A stretch of DNA of 64,000 bases from Raillietiella orientalis (Eukaryota). The position numbers were made by a program, and so were the translations under genes. Below, one piece after another: positions 49,577-61,549 of the stretch (positions within the stretch are counted from its first letter, which is position 1; every line of letters begins with the position of its first letter). The stretch is taken from assembly GCA_036172245.1 (NCBI GenBank), contig JAYWIR010000013.1:4216001-4280000 (forward strand). Reading direction: 5' to 3'. A model generated the notes under the pieces. The model saw only the letters and a program-made list of their open reading frames with translations. It ran no database searches and had not been told where the DNA came from.

Positions 49577-52500
49577 ATGTCGCCTCCCGCGACACGCCAG
49601 AACTCGGAGGAGGCGGAGGCGGCTTTTGCGTTGACAGCCACGCCCAACACAGGGCGAGGACGCACCTGGCGCGAACCGCCGCCGCCGTTTCGCGGGAAGG
49701 ATGAGGGGGGGAGGGGAAAGAACCGTGAGTTTGCGGAGGGGTGCAGGAGCAGGCGCGGGGAGGAACGCTGGTGCCTCCGAGAGGTGCCGCCGTCAAGGGT
49801 CGTTCGGGGTCGCAGAAGAAGAGCGCACGTGCGCGCAGCCGCTGTGTTTTTTGTTTTTACCTTTCGCCTTCCTCTCCCCCTCCCTGCTTTTTTGCAAGCG
49901 TTCCAGGCGCGGCTCCCCGACGAGGACGGATGCGAGGAGCAAATCGAGGGCACTCTCTTCCGAGGACAGAGAAAACGAGAGGGCAGGGAGTTCGGTTTCC
50001 TGGATGATGGAGCTGCTGCCACTGCTGCTGCTGCTGCGGCGGCGACCGGAAGCGGACGTCCCCCCGCTCTGCCAACGCCCTTCGGTTTGCCACCCGCAGC
50101 CCCTCGTTCCTCTTCCAGGGAGATTAAAGCGGGCAGTGAGCTGTGCGAGGAGACGCCCCGTGCTGACGCCGCCTCCAGCTCCCGTCTTCGCTGCGCCGCC
50201 AAGCAGCAGCACGGGCACCCGGCCGGAGAGCAGCAGACTCCTGCGGCAGGACTCAGACGGACCAAACAGCCCCTTCGCCGCGAGGAGGAAGGGGGGGGGG
50301 GAAGGAAAAGGGGGGAGGGGTAGTGTGGGGGTGGGGATACGCGCGCCCATGCCAGAGGAGAAGAAAAGTGAGGCAGCACCACCTACCGGTACGCTTTGGC
50401 GTCGAAGATGCCAAGGGGCGAAGAGGCGATGGGAATAGGGCCGTCTTTCCCACCACCACCACCACCACCGCAACGGCAGCAGCAGCAGCAGCAGCAGCTC
50501 ACAGATTCGCGCGCGCCCACTCGCGCGTTTGAGAGGCGCCCGGACGGGGGCTGCTGCACGGAGCCGCCAGAGGGAGGAGAGGAACTGCCGAGTACGAAGA
50601 CGCGCGCCCGAGTGCAGGCTCGGGAGGAAAGAACAGAACTGCGGAAGCCGCGTTTCCGCGCTCTCGGGGCTCCCCTGCGGATCGAGGCGCGCCGCCGTCC
50701 TCGACTCTCCTCCTCTCCTCCTGGGACGCGTTCCGCGGACTTTTCTCGCGAGCAGGGGGGCGGAAGCGAGGGTACGAAGCCCCAGCATCACTTCCTCCTC
50801 CTCTTCTTTTCCTCCTCCCTTCCTTCTCCCTCCTCCTCTCCCTTCCTCTTCCCCCTCCTCCTTTCCTTCTCCTGGATGATTCAGCAGGAAAACGAGCTTT
50901 TCTCTGGGAACTCTCCTCCCTCTCGACGAAGGAGGAAAGCAAGGATCGAACTACGCATGCGCTGTTATTGCATCTCCTTTCTTCTCATCCTGTTGTCTGC
51001 AAGCATGGTGGGAGAAGAGGATGTAGTTGGGACCGGCAGGAGACCTCTTCCCGACCACCACGGAGTGTTCTCGCCACCCGATTCTCCCCTGCCCCAAACA
51101 CCGTCTTCGGGCTGTCACTCCGCGATAAGAAGCTCCCGGCTTTTCCGGGGCTCCAAAGGGGTGGCAGCGGCCTCGTTCCGGAGACTCCTACGGAGCGCAG
51201 CGCGCAAGAAGCGGCTCGGTGAGAGGGGGTGCTGCTCCCCTTCTTTTCACTTCCCCCAGGGAACCTGCCCCGAAATGTGCGCACTGGCTGGGCACCGCCA
51301 AGGAACGCTCCGACGCAAGCGCCCCTTCTCCTTCCCGAGCTCGCCATCTTCAGCCACCCCGGGGCTCGGACCGGGAGAAGGACTCCCCCGTCTGCAGCCG
51401 GGGCCAGAGGCAGGGCAGGAGGACAGCCCCAGCGCGCCGCGCGCGACCCGAGCCCGCAGTCGAACACTTCAGGTGGAGGCGCCTCGCTGCCGACCCTCGG
51501 GAGCAGCTCCGCCTCCGGCGCGGACGCCCGCCTTTCGCCCCGCGGCGAGCCTTCGCCGGATCTTCGGCGTCTTGGAAACCGACGGATCACTCGGGCCGAG
51601 AGAGAGTCCCACTCCCTCCTTTCCGGCCCGCGGTTTTTATCGGCGGAAATTTCTCGGTCCTCGGGTCGATCTGGCAGTCCTCTCCCGCCATCTCCGATGG
51701 CGAATTCGCATTTAATCGACTTCAATTTCTTCCTTCCCCTCCCTCCCACCTCCTCCCTCTCCCTTCCTGTTGCCGTCGTCGCTGCCTTTCTCTTCCTCTC
51801 TTCGAGCGGCGGTCGCCTTTCGCACGGGAAAGGAGGAGTCGGTTCGTTCCTGCCATCCGCCGGTACATTGCAAATCCACACTCAGCTGCATGGAGGAAGC
51901 TGCTGATTGTCCGATGTGAATTTCGCCCGGCTTTTGCCTCCGGATGTCGGAGCCGCAGCGCCGACGTGGGTTGCGCAGCTCGTCAGGCGGCCGTTCGAGG
52001 TTCTCCTCCGAGGAGAGGCGCTGGAGCCGGGGTGCTTTTAGGAAGCTGAGGACGGCCCACCGACCAGGAGACCACGAGCACCGGTTCCCACCCCCCGGGA
52101 TCCCGGAAGTCGCGCGGGAGCGCGTGCGGTCGTCCGCGGGCAACGCCAGCGCCCCTCGGGAGCGGAGGCCGCCAAGGTGTAGGCGCAGGGCCCTGCGGAG
52201 ACGCCCTGCATTTGTCCGTGGGAAGCGCCAGGGTTGGCCCCTGGCAGAAACCCGCCTCTCGGGAGAGGCGGGACCACGTGGATACCGTCAGCTGCGCTTC
52301 GCGCAGCTGCAGCCGCGCCGACCTTCTGGAAAGCGCTGGGACGCCGCCTCAGCGCCCGGCCGTCAAGCTGTACGCGCAGAGCTCTGTGGGGACACCCAGC
52401 AGCCCCCACCGTATCACCGCCCAGAAGATCATCGCCGTTCTGCCCGGCAGGTTTCAAGATGAGACACCACCTCCTCCTCCCTACCATGAGGCTGGCTACC

Positions 52501-52676
52501 AAGACGAAAGGGGTGCCGGCGAGGTCTCCGATGATCTTGGACGAGCAACTCCAGTTCCTGCCACCCCAACTGAGACTCCAGCTGTCCCTGGGCAGCGGGC
52601 GCGGAAGGCACGTGGGCTCAGGCGAGGTTCCTCTGCAAGTCAGCTCACGTGGCCGGACGCCCTCAGCTTTTGCTGA
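49577..52676 (+). CDS. Putative multi-exon gene for a low-complexity/disordered protein ending in a PPPPPY-containing exon; structure uncertain
   Basis: Lies in a CpG-rich island; a 41-nt GTGAGA...CCCCCAG intron candidate (51219-51259) fits the local intron size; candidate frame-preserving junction EAAK|KPASRE; terminal frame ...KLYAQSSVG...FQDETPPPPPYHEAG...LSFC* ends at 52676; poly-Ala and poly-Pro/Gln tracts upstream. Confidence 0.3.
50451..50498. repeat. (CAC)n(CAG)n trinucleotide tract
   Basis: Direct reading; encodes PPPPPPPQRQQQQQQQ in ORF 50396. Confidence 0.9.
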
Positions 52677-54748
52677 GGCAGACGCAGAAGTAACGAAGCA
52701 TGGAACTTCCGGTATCTACTCTCCGTTGCCATCGTCACGAAACACTCCGCCGCAAAAGAAAAACAGGAACCGTGTTTCTCTTCCCCCCCCCCCCCCCTAT
52801 TTATGGACTCCGGACTGGTCTGCCGTGTTTTGCGAGGAAGAGTAACAGCGCGAGATGCCGTGCGTCTCGTGCGGCAATTTCGCATCACGGAGCAGTAGTG
52901 ATCCCGTGAGGAAGCGCCAATCTCGTCTTTCTCGCGAGGTCGGAAGCCGCTCGCCGGCTCCATCTGCTCGTCCCGAGCAGGCACTCCCCTGGGTGATGGG
53001 CGAGCGGTCAAGAAGCTGGAAATCTGCTTCCCCGCAACTCCGCTCGACGCATGGCTCGAGGCGTCCAGGGGATCGGCGGTTCACCCTGCAGCCTCTGGAG
53101 CCCCTGATCATTTGAACAGAATCCCCCCTTCGAGGGGGGGACGGGATCTTGTTAGACGGGTGCGCCGCAAAAGAGTGAGGACCGTGGGTGACCGCGTGCC
53201 ACGCGCGGATCGGACCGATTCCCAGCCGGGGAATCCATCAACCGTGCCGTCGGCGCCACCTGCGACTACCTGGCTGGGAAAAAAAAAATAAAAAAAAAAC
53301 GACCGCCATCCTCCCGCAATCGCTTTGGGGGCTGCTGCTGGGAAAGAGGCCGAGTTGCTTCCTTTGCTCCCGAGGGCGAGGAATCCTATCAGAGGGAGTC
53401 AGTTTTTGCTCCCGGAGACTCTCAAGCTGGGTGAGTGGCGAAACGAGGTCTGGCTCTCTCCCCATTCATCTTGTCCAGGGCGGCGCCTTCTCCGAAGCAG
53501 ATGCAAGGGGAAGCGTGAGTTTCTTCCTCCTCCGCGGTCGCTTCCGCTGTTCTTCCGCTCGCCGACGGCCACCGTTCCTCCCGTCCCGAGCAGCAAACGG
53601 GATGCTGTCTGGCTGTCGTGAGCGACCGGGGCAGAGGGGTTTGTCTTGCGCGGTTGCAGCTCGAGGTAGACGGAGGAGTCCCGAAAGTTTCCAGGCGCTG
53701 AATCATCCCCTCCGTCTAATCTTTCTGAAAATAAAGAAACCCAACAGGCTGCCAGGACTCCTTGCCAAAAGTTGCGAGGGCTGCAGCATGTGCAACCGGA
53801 TTCCAGGATCATCCGTTCAGCTTCCTTCAGAGCTGCTCGAAAAAAGGAAAGATGCGGCCTTCGTCGCTGTTCGTCGCCCTGGTCCTGGTCCCCTTCCGGA
53901 AGAAACCACGTCCGACAATTTCCTTTCTTGCTGCTGCTTGGGTTCAAATCTCTCTTCGTTCCCAGACGTGCGTTTCCCTCACGCTGGGGAAGGTCCCGCG
54001 AGCTTCCCATGGTCATTGGCCTTCCTTTTGTGGGGGGGATGTAGAAAGGCTCGATCAAGGGTGGGGACACTTGGAAGCGATCTTCCAGCCAGCGGAGAAG
54101 CTGGAAAATTGACGCGGCGCGAACCCAATCCCGCAGGAAGGAAGGAACGGGCCTTTGGGAACGGAGAGGGTGAGGGTGAGGGCGCGCTGAGGATGGAATC
54201 CTCGAGGTCTGTCTGGCCGCGCGTCGCTGCTCAAGAGCGCCTCCGGGCTGGGGGCCCGTGCGTTGCATTCCCGGGAAACCTACTCTGGCGTCTGAGCAAG
54301 CGGTCCGGATGCACTCAGGTCCGCGTGGGCGTGGTTCGTCGTCATTCCTTCCCGGCATTCCCGTGGATGCCCGGCAGGGAGCTTTGTGTTCCACATGGTT
54401 GGTGGTTGCTGCGCCCGCATAACAGCGGCCGTGCACGTGATCCACGCGGCCCCACCCCATTGGCTGCGGCCGCCTCGCCGACTTGCTCCGCGGCGCACGG
54501 ATCATTTTTCCGAGGAGGAAAGGAAAGAGAAAATTCGGTTCCCATAGTTACGCCCCGAGGAGCGAAAGCGCGGATGCTGAGCGTCTGCTCAGGCGCTCGA
54601 GATCATGCAGCTCCACGTGGGAAGGAAGTTTTGAAAAGTGGGGCCCGGCGATTCTGGACCGCTAGCGATCAAAATCCCGAAAGATCACAGAAAATGAGGA
54701 TGCTTATTCTTCTGCATAGCATTAGTATTCATATTTATTTTAATATCC

Positions 54749-55322
54749 ATATTTATTAACAGGAATCAGTGGAACAAATATATTTATTAAGATTCGGTGG
54801 CATACATGTTATTAATACAATTAATAAATTGTTGATACATGTGTCAGCGTTGACTCAAATAAATATGTATGTCTATTATATGCATTGATATATATCGATA
54901 AGTATATTTATGTATATTAATTTTTATCATGAAGATTACAACAAATAAATATACATCTTTATTCTATATCGATTAATACACGCATTCATTCCAATATTTA
55001 ATAGCAATTCATATTAATTAACAGTAATATCATTGCAACAGATGTGTTTGTTAAGACGTATTTTATCAATGGAACTAATAAGTTGGTGATTGTATTGTAG
55101 ATGTATACATGTATTTATTTATGTACATGTGCATCTATTTTTTGTAGTCTTCATGATATATATCAATCTTTTCTAAATATATTTGTGAATATACATAATA
55201 AGCATATGTATTTATTTTTCATAATCTTTAACATATACATTAATAAAATACATACATATTAATAAAATGCATGTCACTGAATCTTAATCTACCTGTTCCA
55301 ATGATACGACTGTTAATAATAT
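54749..55322. mobile_element. AT-rich foldback/MITE-like element with long imperfect inverted repeats
   Basis: Outer arms 54749-54817 and 55257-55322 (ATTAACAG..ATCA.TGGAACA...ATTAAGATTC.GTG.CAT.CAT.TTATTAATA); inner arms 54927-54956 and 55127-55156 (TCATGAAGA.TACAA.AAATA.AT..ACAT); abrupt AT-rich block within GC-rich DNA. Confidence 0.75.
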
Positions 55323-57599
55323 GTGTTGTAATAAATAGGAATAACTGCGCGTGTTGAGACCAACTCGGATGTTAATCTGCGAAGAAGAAGCGCTCACCTT
55401 TTATGGTCCTTCGGGATTTGGGCAGAGAGAGAGCGAATTGAATAGAGGGGCACCGGGCAGCGGGAGGAAGGAGCGGCCCAAAGGGAGAGCTGAAATCTTT
55501 CCAGGGACCTCCTACCCCTATGGGAATCCCTCCGCCATCCTCACTGACCCCCCGCGGGGCCACGGAAGAGAGCCTCGGTTTCTGGCGTGGCTCGTCGAGC
55601 GGTCACAGTGGGTCGCCGTGGTTTCGATCAGCCGCGGTTCGGCTGGCAGACTGAAGATGCGACGACCGCTCTCTCCTGCCCGGCAGCTGCTCCTCTTCCC
55701 TCTTCCCGTTTCCATGACGTCGGGCTCCATCCCGCCGATGCCGTCCGCATCGCGCTTTCCGCGAAGATGCTCGCGCATCTTCGTCCGTAGAGGATCGTCC
55801 TCCGTGGCCCCGGGAAACTGGCTCACTCTCCCTTTTGGCGGGCGCGCGGGCGAACTGTTGGCCAATGGACAGGCGGACTCGAAAGCGCCAGTAAAGATGC
55901 CGCTTTTTCTTCGGCACGAGGGTCACCTGACCCCGCGCTCTCTGGTGTCCGGCATTCTTAGGGATCATCTTGTTCTCTTTTCGCCTTCATGGCTCCGGTG
56001 GGATGGAGGCGGCCGCTGCCCCCCAGCTGGGTGCGCATCACCAGCGTGGTCTGTCCGTAAAGATGGTCGCAGAGAAACGGAGAATACGGAATTGTGCTTA
56101 ACGTACATTACTGTTGGTGTATACATAGAATAGGAACTTTTGAGGGTGAGCTTATTTTCCCATTTTCAAAGCAAAGGTTTAACCAGTCAATCGGATTTTC
56201 ATTCGGTGATACGTCATCTTCAGAATTTGATAGATAATGAAGAGGATGGATGAAATGGAGGGAAAGTGTGGTTTGTCGGGGGCTGAATCGACACCGACAT
56301 GGATTTCGAGATTTTTCGTAGCTTTTTAGTGTGTAAAGTGGCCGTCAGTTAATTGTGTATTATACTTTATGCCTGGTGCGTAATATTTTATGTGTTAATG
56401 ATATTTGTAATAATACCTTGAAAGTTTTAGAGCAATACGCTTTAGCAAATACAAAACCCTAACTGTCAAGATTAATAATGGACAATTAATAACCTGTATT
56501 ATGATAGGGACATTCGCATGGAACTAAAAATTAAAAAAGAACGGGTCGGTTAATTAATAGGGTGAGTGCGTTTCATTTCGGAAAGCATTTTCCAATGATT
56601 CGGTAGGAAAAATTCTGGGACTTCTGCAAAAGTCAAGAAGTGGTGTCGTGGGAACCCTGTCATGTTGACAACGAAGCAGGGAAGTTCCTGGGAATAGGGA
56701 ATTACCTGCTGGAATCAACCACTAAGGTCAACTGTTAGGTTGCCATTATGACGGAAATTTTGCATTGTGCCTCGGCTGTTCGTGTTGATTATTACATCTG
56801 ATTTGTTGGTTTATGTAATGAATTTGGATTAAATCAGGGATTTTGACAGGCATGAATGTGTAGTATTTAATTTCAATCATAAAGAAAATATGAATTGTTA
56901 GGAATCGGTGATAGTCAATTTGTAGTTAGTAAGTAGTTGAGGTACGATTGTCAGGAAATTTTGTTGGTATACGTGCCAGCAGTTGGGGTCAAAGAGCGTG
57001 GGAGAGGAGACACGTCGGAAAGTTAAACCCATCGAAAAACGGTTTCATCATTGATCACCGTCTCCTCTCCTGGAGTAGTGAATGCAGCAGCAGCAGAATT
57101 TGCTGAGGCACCACGCGTACAGGGGGTCGAGATGCTGGATCCCTGAACTAGCAACCCCTCCCGCCGAAGATGCTGGTATCTAGGGGAGTCCTAGGAGGGT
57201 CCTCGGACTGTCTCCGACAGACGCTTCCGGTGACGAAGAAGTGTCGAAGATCTGATGGACTCTTATTTTCGCGTTTGATGAAACATCTCGGAGTGGCAAG
57301 CATCCATTTCCACATGGGCGCCGGAAGGATTCCGGGTTGCAACAGGAGACTGGTTGGTCGGTCGACCCCCCATTCGATCGTTCACTCAAGAGCCAGTTTG
57401 GGGGGGTAAAATGCTGTAGTTTCCATCCATGCACGCATGGAAGGCGTGCATAAATGATTTCGTATTTCTGCCCGCGTCGGAGGCCGTGTGGTGGTTACGG
57501 TGACCTCCGCGCCTGGCATCACCACGCGTCGTGGGTTCGAATACTCCGAAAGGAAGATATCAGATCGCGAGCACCTGTTTGGGCCGCCGCCCTTCATGA

Positions 57600-58700
57600 A
57601 GCAACCCACTGCAGCCTCAGACTCTTCAGAAGGACGAGATAAAGGAGTGTGGCTGCGAAAGAAACTGATCACTTGGGTTACAAGAGAAGGGGGAAAGGAG
57701 ATCATTTCAGGCTAGGAAGTAGCACTTGCTCGGAGATGGTCCACGCTTGCTGGGAGGCTGAGGGAATCCTCAGCATCGAGATCGCTCTGCCGTTCACCGC
57801 TTTTCTGCTGGAGGGGGAAGGGGGAGGATCATAGTTCGAGGAAGCTGGGCGCTCTCATGCAGACGAGACGGTCACAGGTCAGCAGGGAAGATCCAGGAGC
57901 TGCTTGAAAACCAGATCGGACTCTTGGAGCGCATGCCAGCAGCAGCGATAGTCTTCTCGCACAGAAGACTTTTTCTGGTTCTTTTATCTCAGAGTCCGCA
58001 CGGTGCGCATCTCATTGGGCGCCGCACGGGGAAGAAAAGGCTTTCGGATCCCATCCTCTTTTCTGGACCCACCTCATGTTCAGAAGCGACTCCTGAGAGT
58101 GAAAGCGTGATGCTTTCCTCTGCTGCTCGATGCCGGTCGAAATTTCCCGACCAACATCCAAGGGCCCTTGCTGATCTCTGAAATCATGGGAGCAGACGTG
58201 TCAAGAGTCAGCAAGTAGCCGCGGGGGATCGCGGTGCGAGGTGGGCACCTGCGACTCTTTGGAGGTGACTTTGGAAAGGTGCCGAGTCCGGAGCACGATC
58301 TTATGTGACCTGAAGCAAAGTCTGAGGCGAAGCCACGGGAAGTTCCACACATCACATGATAGAGCACAGCGCTAGGGTTACCGAGGAAGTGAGTTCATGT
58401 GATGCTGCAGATGCTTCCGAGGACGGGTTGTAGAAAACGGGACACCGCTCGCCTTGATGCACCATACGAGCAGTGGAAACCGATAGACACGTTGCACAGT
58501 CCTTCCCGAATTCTTTTCACGCACCTCCGAACTTTCAACACATGTGTTTGCTTCCTCTCTTTGCATGGAGAAGAACCCATTACAGCCGCAGCCTCCTCAG
58601 GAGAACCCGAGATAAAGAGGAAAGTCTGACTGCGAAAGAAACTGACCGCTTGAATTACAAGAAAAGGGGAAAAGCAAAGACTGTAAGGAAAATGGGAAGC
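57600..58700 (-). mobile_element. Two tandem L1/Tx1-like ORF2 fragments (endonuclease and linker)
   Basis: PWMLVGKF (cf. PW.L.GDFN, ~58140-58165); diverged direct repeat 57603-57697 vs 58574-58672 encoding VISFFRSH / AVSFFRSQ. Confidence 0.4.
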
Positions 58701-58899
58701 TCCCGTAGGTCTGGATGAGGCGTGTATTCTATCCACGGCTTCTTTGAAGAGTCACCGACCACCGGAACCGGAAGAGTACCTGGTTCCAATGATGTGGACC
58801 AAGTTTCGAGTAGGAGATAGGTGCGCTGATCCGAAGAATCAATGGAAACGCGAGACTTCTTGCGAATGGTAGAGTAGAGCCGTAGGCTGACCCCTGGAT

Positions 58900-59450
58900 T
58901 CCTTATAGAGGAGGAGCATGCATCTTCTTTGCATATTCCTGCTTCCTCTAACCGCACAAGCATTTTAACAACTTCGCTTATACCGTTATGATTTCTAACG
59001 TCTAGGAAGCATGGAAAGGTCACTTGTTTGGTTGCAATATATTACGGACGTGGTTGCTTTTCCTACCTCCTTCCAAAAATTCCAAAAGCCTTCGCGGCTT
59101 CTCTCCAAGATGTCAATACCCTTAGCACAAAATGCTTGTTCAGCTACGTTGCAAAAGGAGCGTGGCTGATGTGGCATGAAGAATGCTTGCGTTGAAAATG
59201 TCTTAAAATAATTGCGCCGTGAGAGAAACACAGGAAGATGCACGGAAGATTCATGTTCCTCTTCGTCAGACCAAATCGATCAATGTATAATCGAGTTTCT
59301 GACAGATTATGGGGCAGTAGGATTGAAATACGAAAAAATCCCTTCTCAAATGCAAAGAAATGGGCATCTGAGAAACGGAATGCTGCCGAACTATGAAACC
59401 AAGCGAGGCCGCGTACAAAACCGAGTTCTATATTTCTCCGGGGTCATTTG
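58900..59450 (+). mobile_element. Possible LTR-retrotransposon integrase core remnant
   Basis: SSDQIDQCIIEFLTDYGAVGLKYEKIPSQMQRNGHLR resembles the rve pattern SD.G.QF...F..F....G..H....P....NG..ER. Confidence 0.3.
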
Positions 59451-61549
59451 GTCATCTCCAGCAACACAGCTGGGTACGAAGAATCGAACCAGTTCTCGTG
59501 TTCATGGAAATTATGGATTCTTCGATTTCCATCTTCGGCTTTCTTCCAAGGTATGACAGTGCTCTGGATATTCAAAGGGCACGGAAGAGAACCGAAGCTT
59601 GGAAGGAATAGCGCAGTTTGAGTGAAGAACGTCTGCCGGGACGGAGTCCCAGCTACTCGATCTCGCAGGGAGGTTTGGAGGAGGCAAGGACCACATCTCG
59701 CCAAGCAGCTGATGGCCTTTTCCCATTAGCTGAATGGAAGGGGAAGACAAGATTTCTCCGAGATGAGATTTCACTTCAAGGACTCCTTGGATTTATCTTA
59801 AATATGTCATAGCAATCGTTTCGCAGAAGAGCTTTGGATTCTCACAGAACATCAAAAGCTGATGGACCGTTCCGGTAAACCACCTCGACATTTGTCGTTC
59901 GAAGATCACGGGAAGTTTCGCAAGTGCCAGCAAAGAAAGTTGTCCTTTCCCCTCCCCCTCTTATGGAGTCCGCTTTCTGATTCGCAGCAGACCATCCACT
60001 TCTTACGGATCTCCTGGCAAGAATAATCTTCAATAACGGGAGTAAGCAAATCACCGACTCGTCAGCACTGCTTGAAGTGGCTGTGAAGACAGCCGCTGCT
60101 GGCAGTTGCGATTCTTCGGGCGGAAGAGAAATCTTTATCTGAAGGTTCCACCGCTCGCCGATGAGAAACCAAGCCTTCCTCTGCTCTGCCGCCCCTTCCA
60201 AGATCGCACGCCGTGCAAGAACACGGAAGCAGCCCACGACCATGATGCCAGTTCATGTCTTCCGAATGCTCATGCCTTTCCCAGGTTATTCGTCGTCTCC
60301 GAACGTGTCGTCTCAGGGGATGCTGCTCACGATAGTTGTGGGCAGCTGCTGCGTTGCAGCGTGGTGGGTGCCGAAGCACCTTTTTGTCTTTGGCATCTGG
60401 CTGTCCCGATTCACCATCTAATTTGAAGCCATGGAGCACCTAGATAGCTTCTTGTTAGAGGATTGTATGCAAATCCATTTGGTCCTGAAGGAACAAGACG
60501 CAGTGGACGAGATCTGCTCATGCGGATGCTGAACATAAGTGGTCTCTCCATGTTTTATCCTGTGGCATGTGCATTCCTACGCACGACGGATGCGCGAAGC
60601 TTTTCCCTCGTTTTTCGAATGCATTGTACTCACTGCTTACTCAAATGTACTCAAATGCATTCCCCAAAGCGCGCGTCTTTGTCGCCCTCCGCGCAAGTAT
60701 GTAGTCCCCCTCCATTCTGCTTGCATTTCGAAATATGGGGACCTTTCTAGATTCTGCAAGAATCTTGAGGAATGTAGCTTGCAAACGACTGCCACAGGGA
60801 ACGTGGGCGAAGAGCAGGGCATCCTTCTCACATTCGCGATCTCATAGAAGTTCACGTGGCGCATGCGCACGGACAGAGGAATCACTCCTAGCAATCGAAT
60901 CAGATGACTGGATTGAAACCTTTCTGCTGATTTTTACCCTCAGATCCCGGAAACACACATCCGGGAGAAGAAATCGGACATCCGCTTAATTCGATGTTAG
61001 TGTACGTTTTCTTTGGAAAGAGTCCGATCGCTTTGAACAGACGTGCAGAGCACATCTCTGCCTCTTCTCAGCTCCCCAGTGCTGATTCATAAATTTATTC
61101 GCAAAGAAAAGAGATCTCTAATCGATCGCTGTGATTTCAAGGAGGAACAAAACAAACTAAGACGCTGTTAACATTCCCTGAAAAATTCTGGAAAATGGAT
61201 AATTTATGGAAATCTTGATTCAACCGGATGGTTCTTGCGTATGCAACTACTTCACAGGAGATCTCAGAAGATAAGTGGTGCTGGCATTGAAGATCAGACT
61301 GAACGATCGCTCCGCTCTGATCCGAGTTTCAAGAAGTTGAGGCTGCCTTCCTGCCTTCCATCAACATACATAGGGGTAGCAGTAGTCCTTGACCGCGTGT
61401 GGGGAGCTCGCTGAAAGAAATGGTGGGCTTGAGTGAACGGGGATGTTTCCTCCTCGTTTCAACCCACCTCCGGTCCAGAACGCCATCTTCTCCGCCGCCA
61501 CCCGGAGAATTCGGGGCCACGAGCAGTTTTGTTCGGATGTGGCGTTCTT

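Noticed and set aside
47900..54759. Long ORFs (300-523 aa) on both strands as separate genes
   Set aside because: Arg/Pro/Gly/Ala-rich, mutually overlapping and without domains; expected from stop-codon scarcity in GC-rich DNA.
56200..57000. Possible NUMT (GT-skewed AT-rich DNA, GTGCCAGCAG)
   Set aside because: A single 10-mer match; no recognisable mitochondrial gene or tRNA.
60100..60300. Tc1/mariner fragment (IMVVGCF, minus strand)
   Set aside because: One short motif only; no supporting DDE residues or TIRs found.
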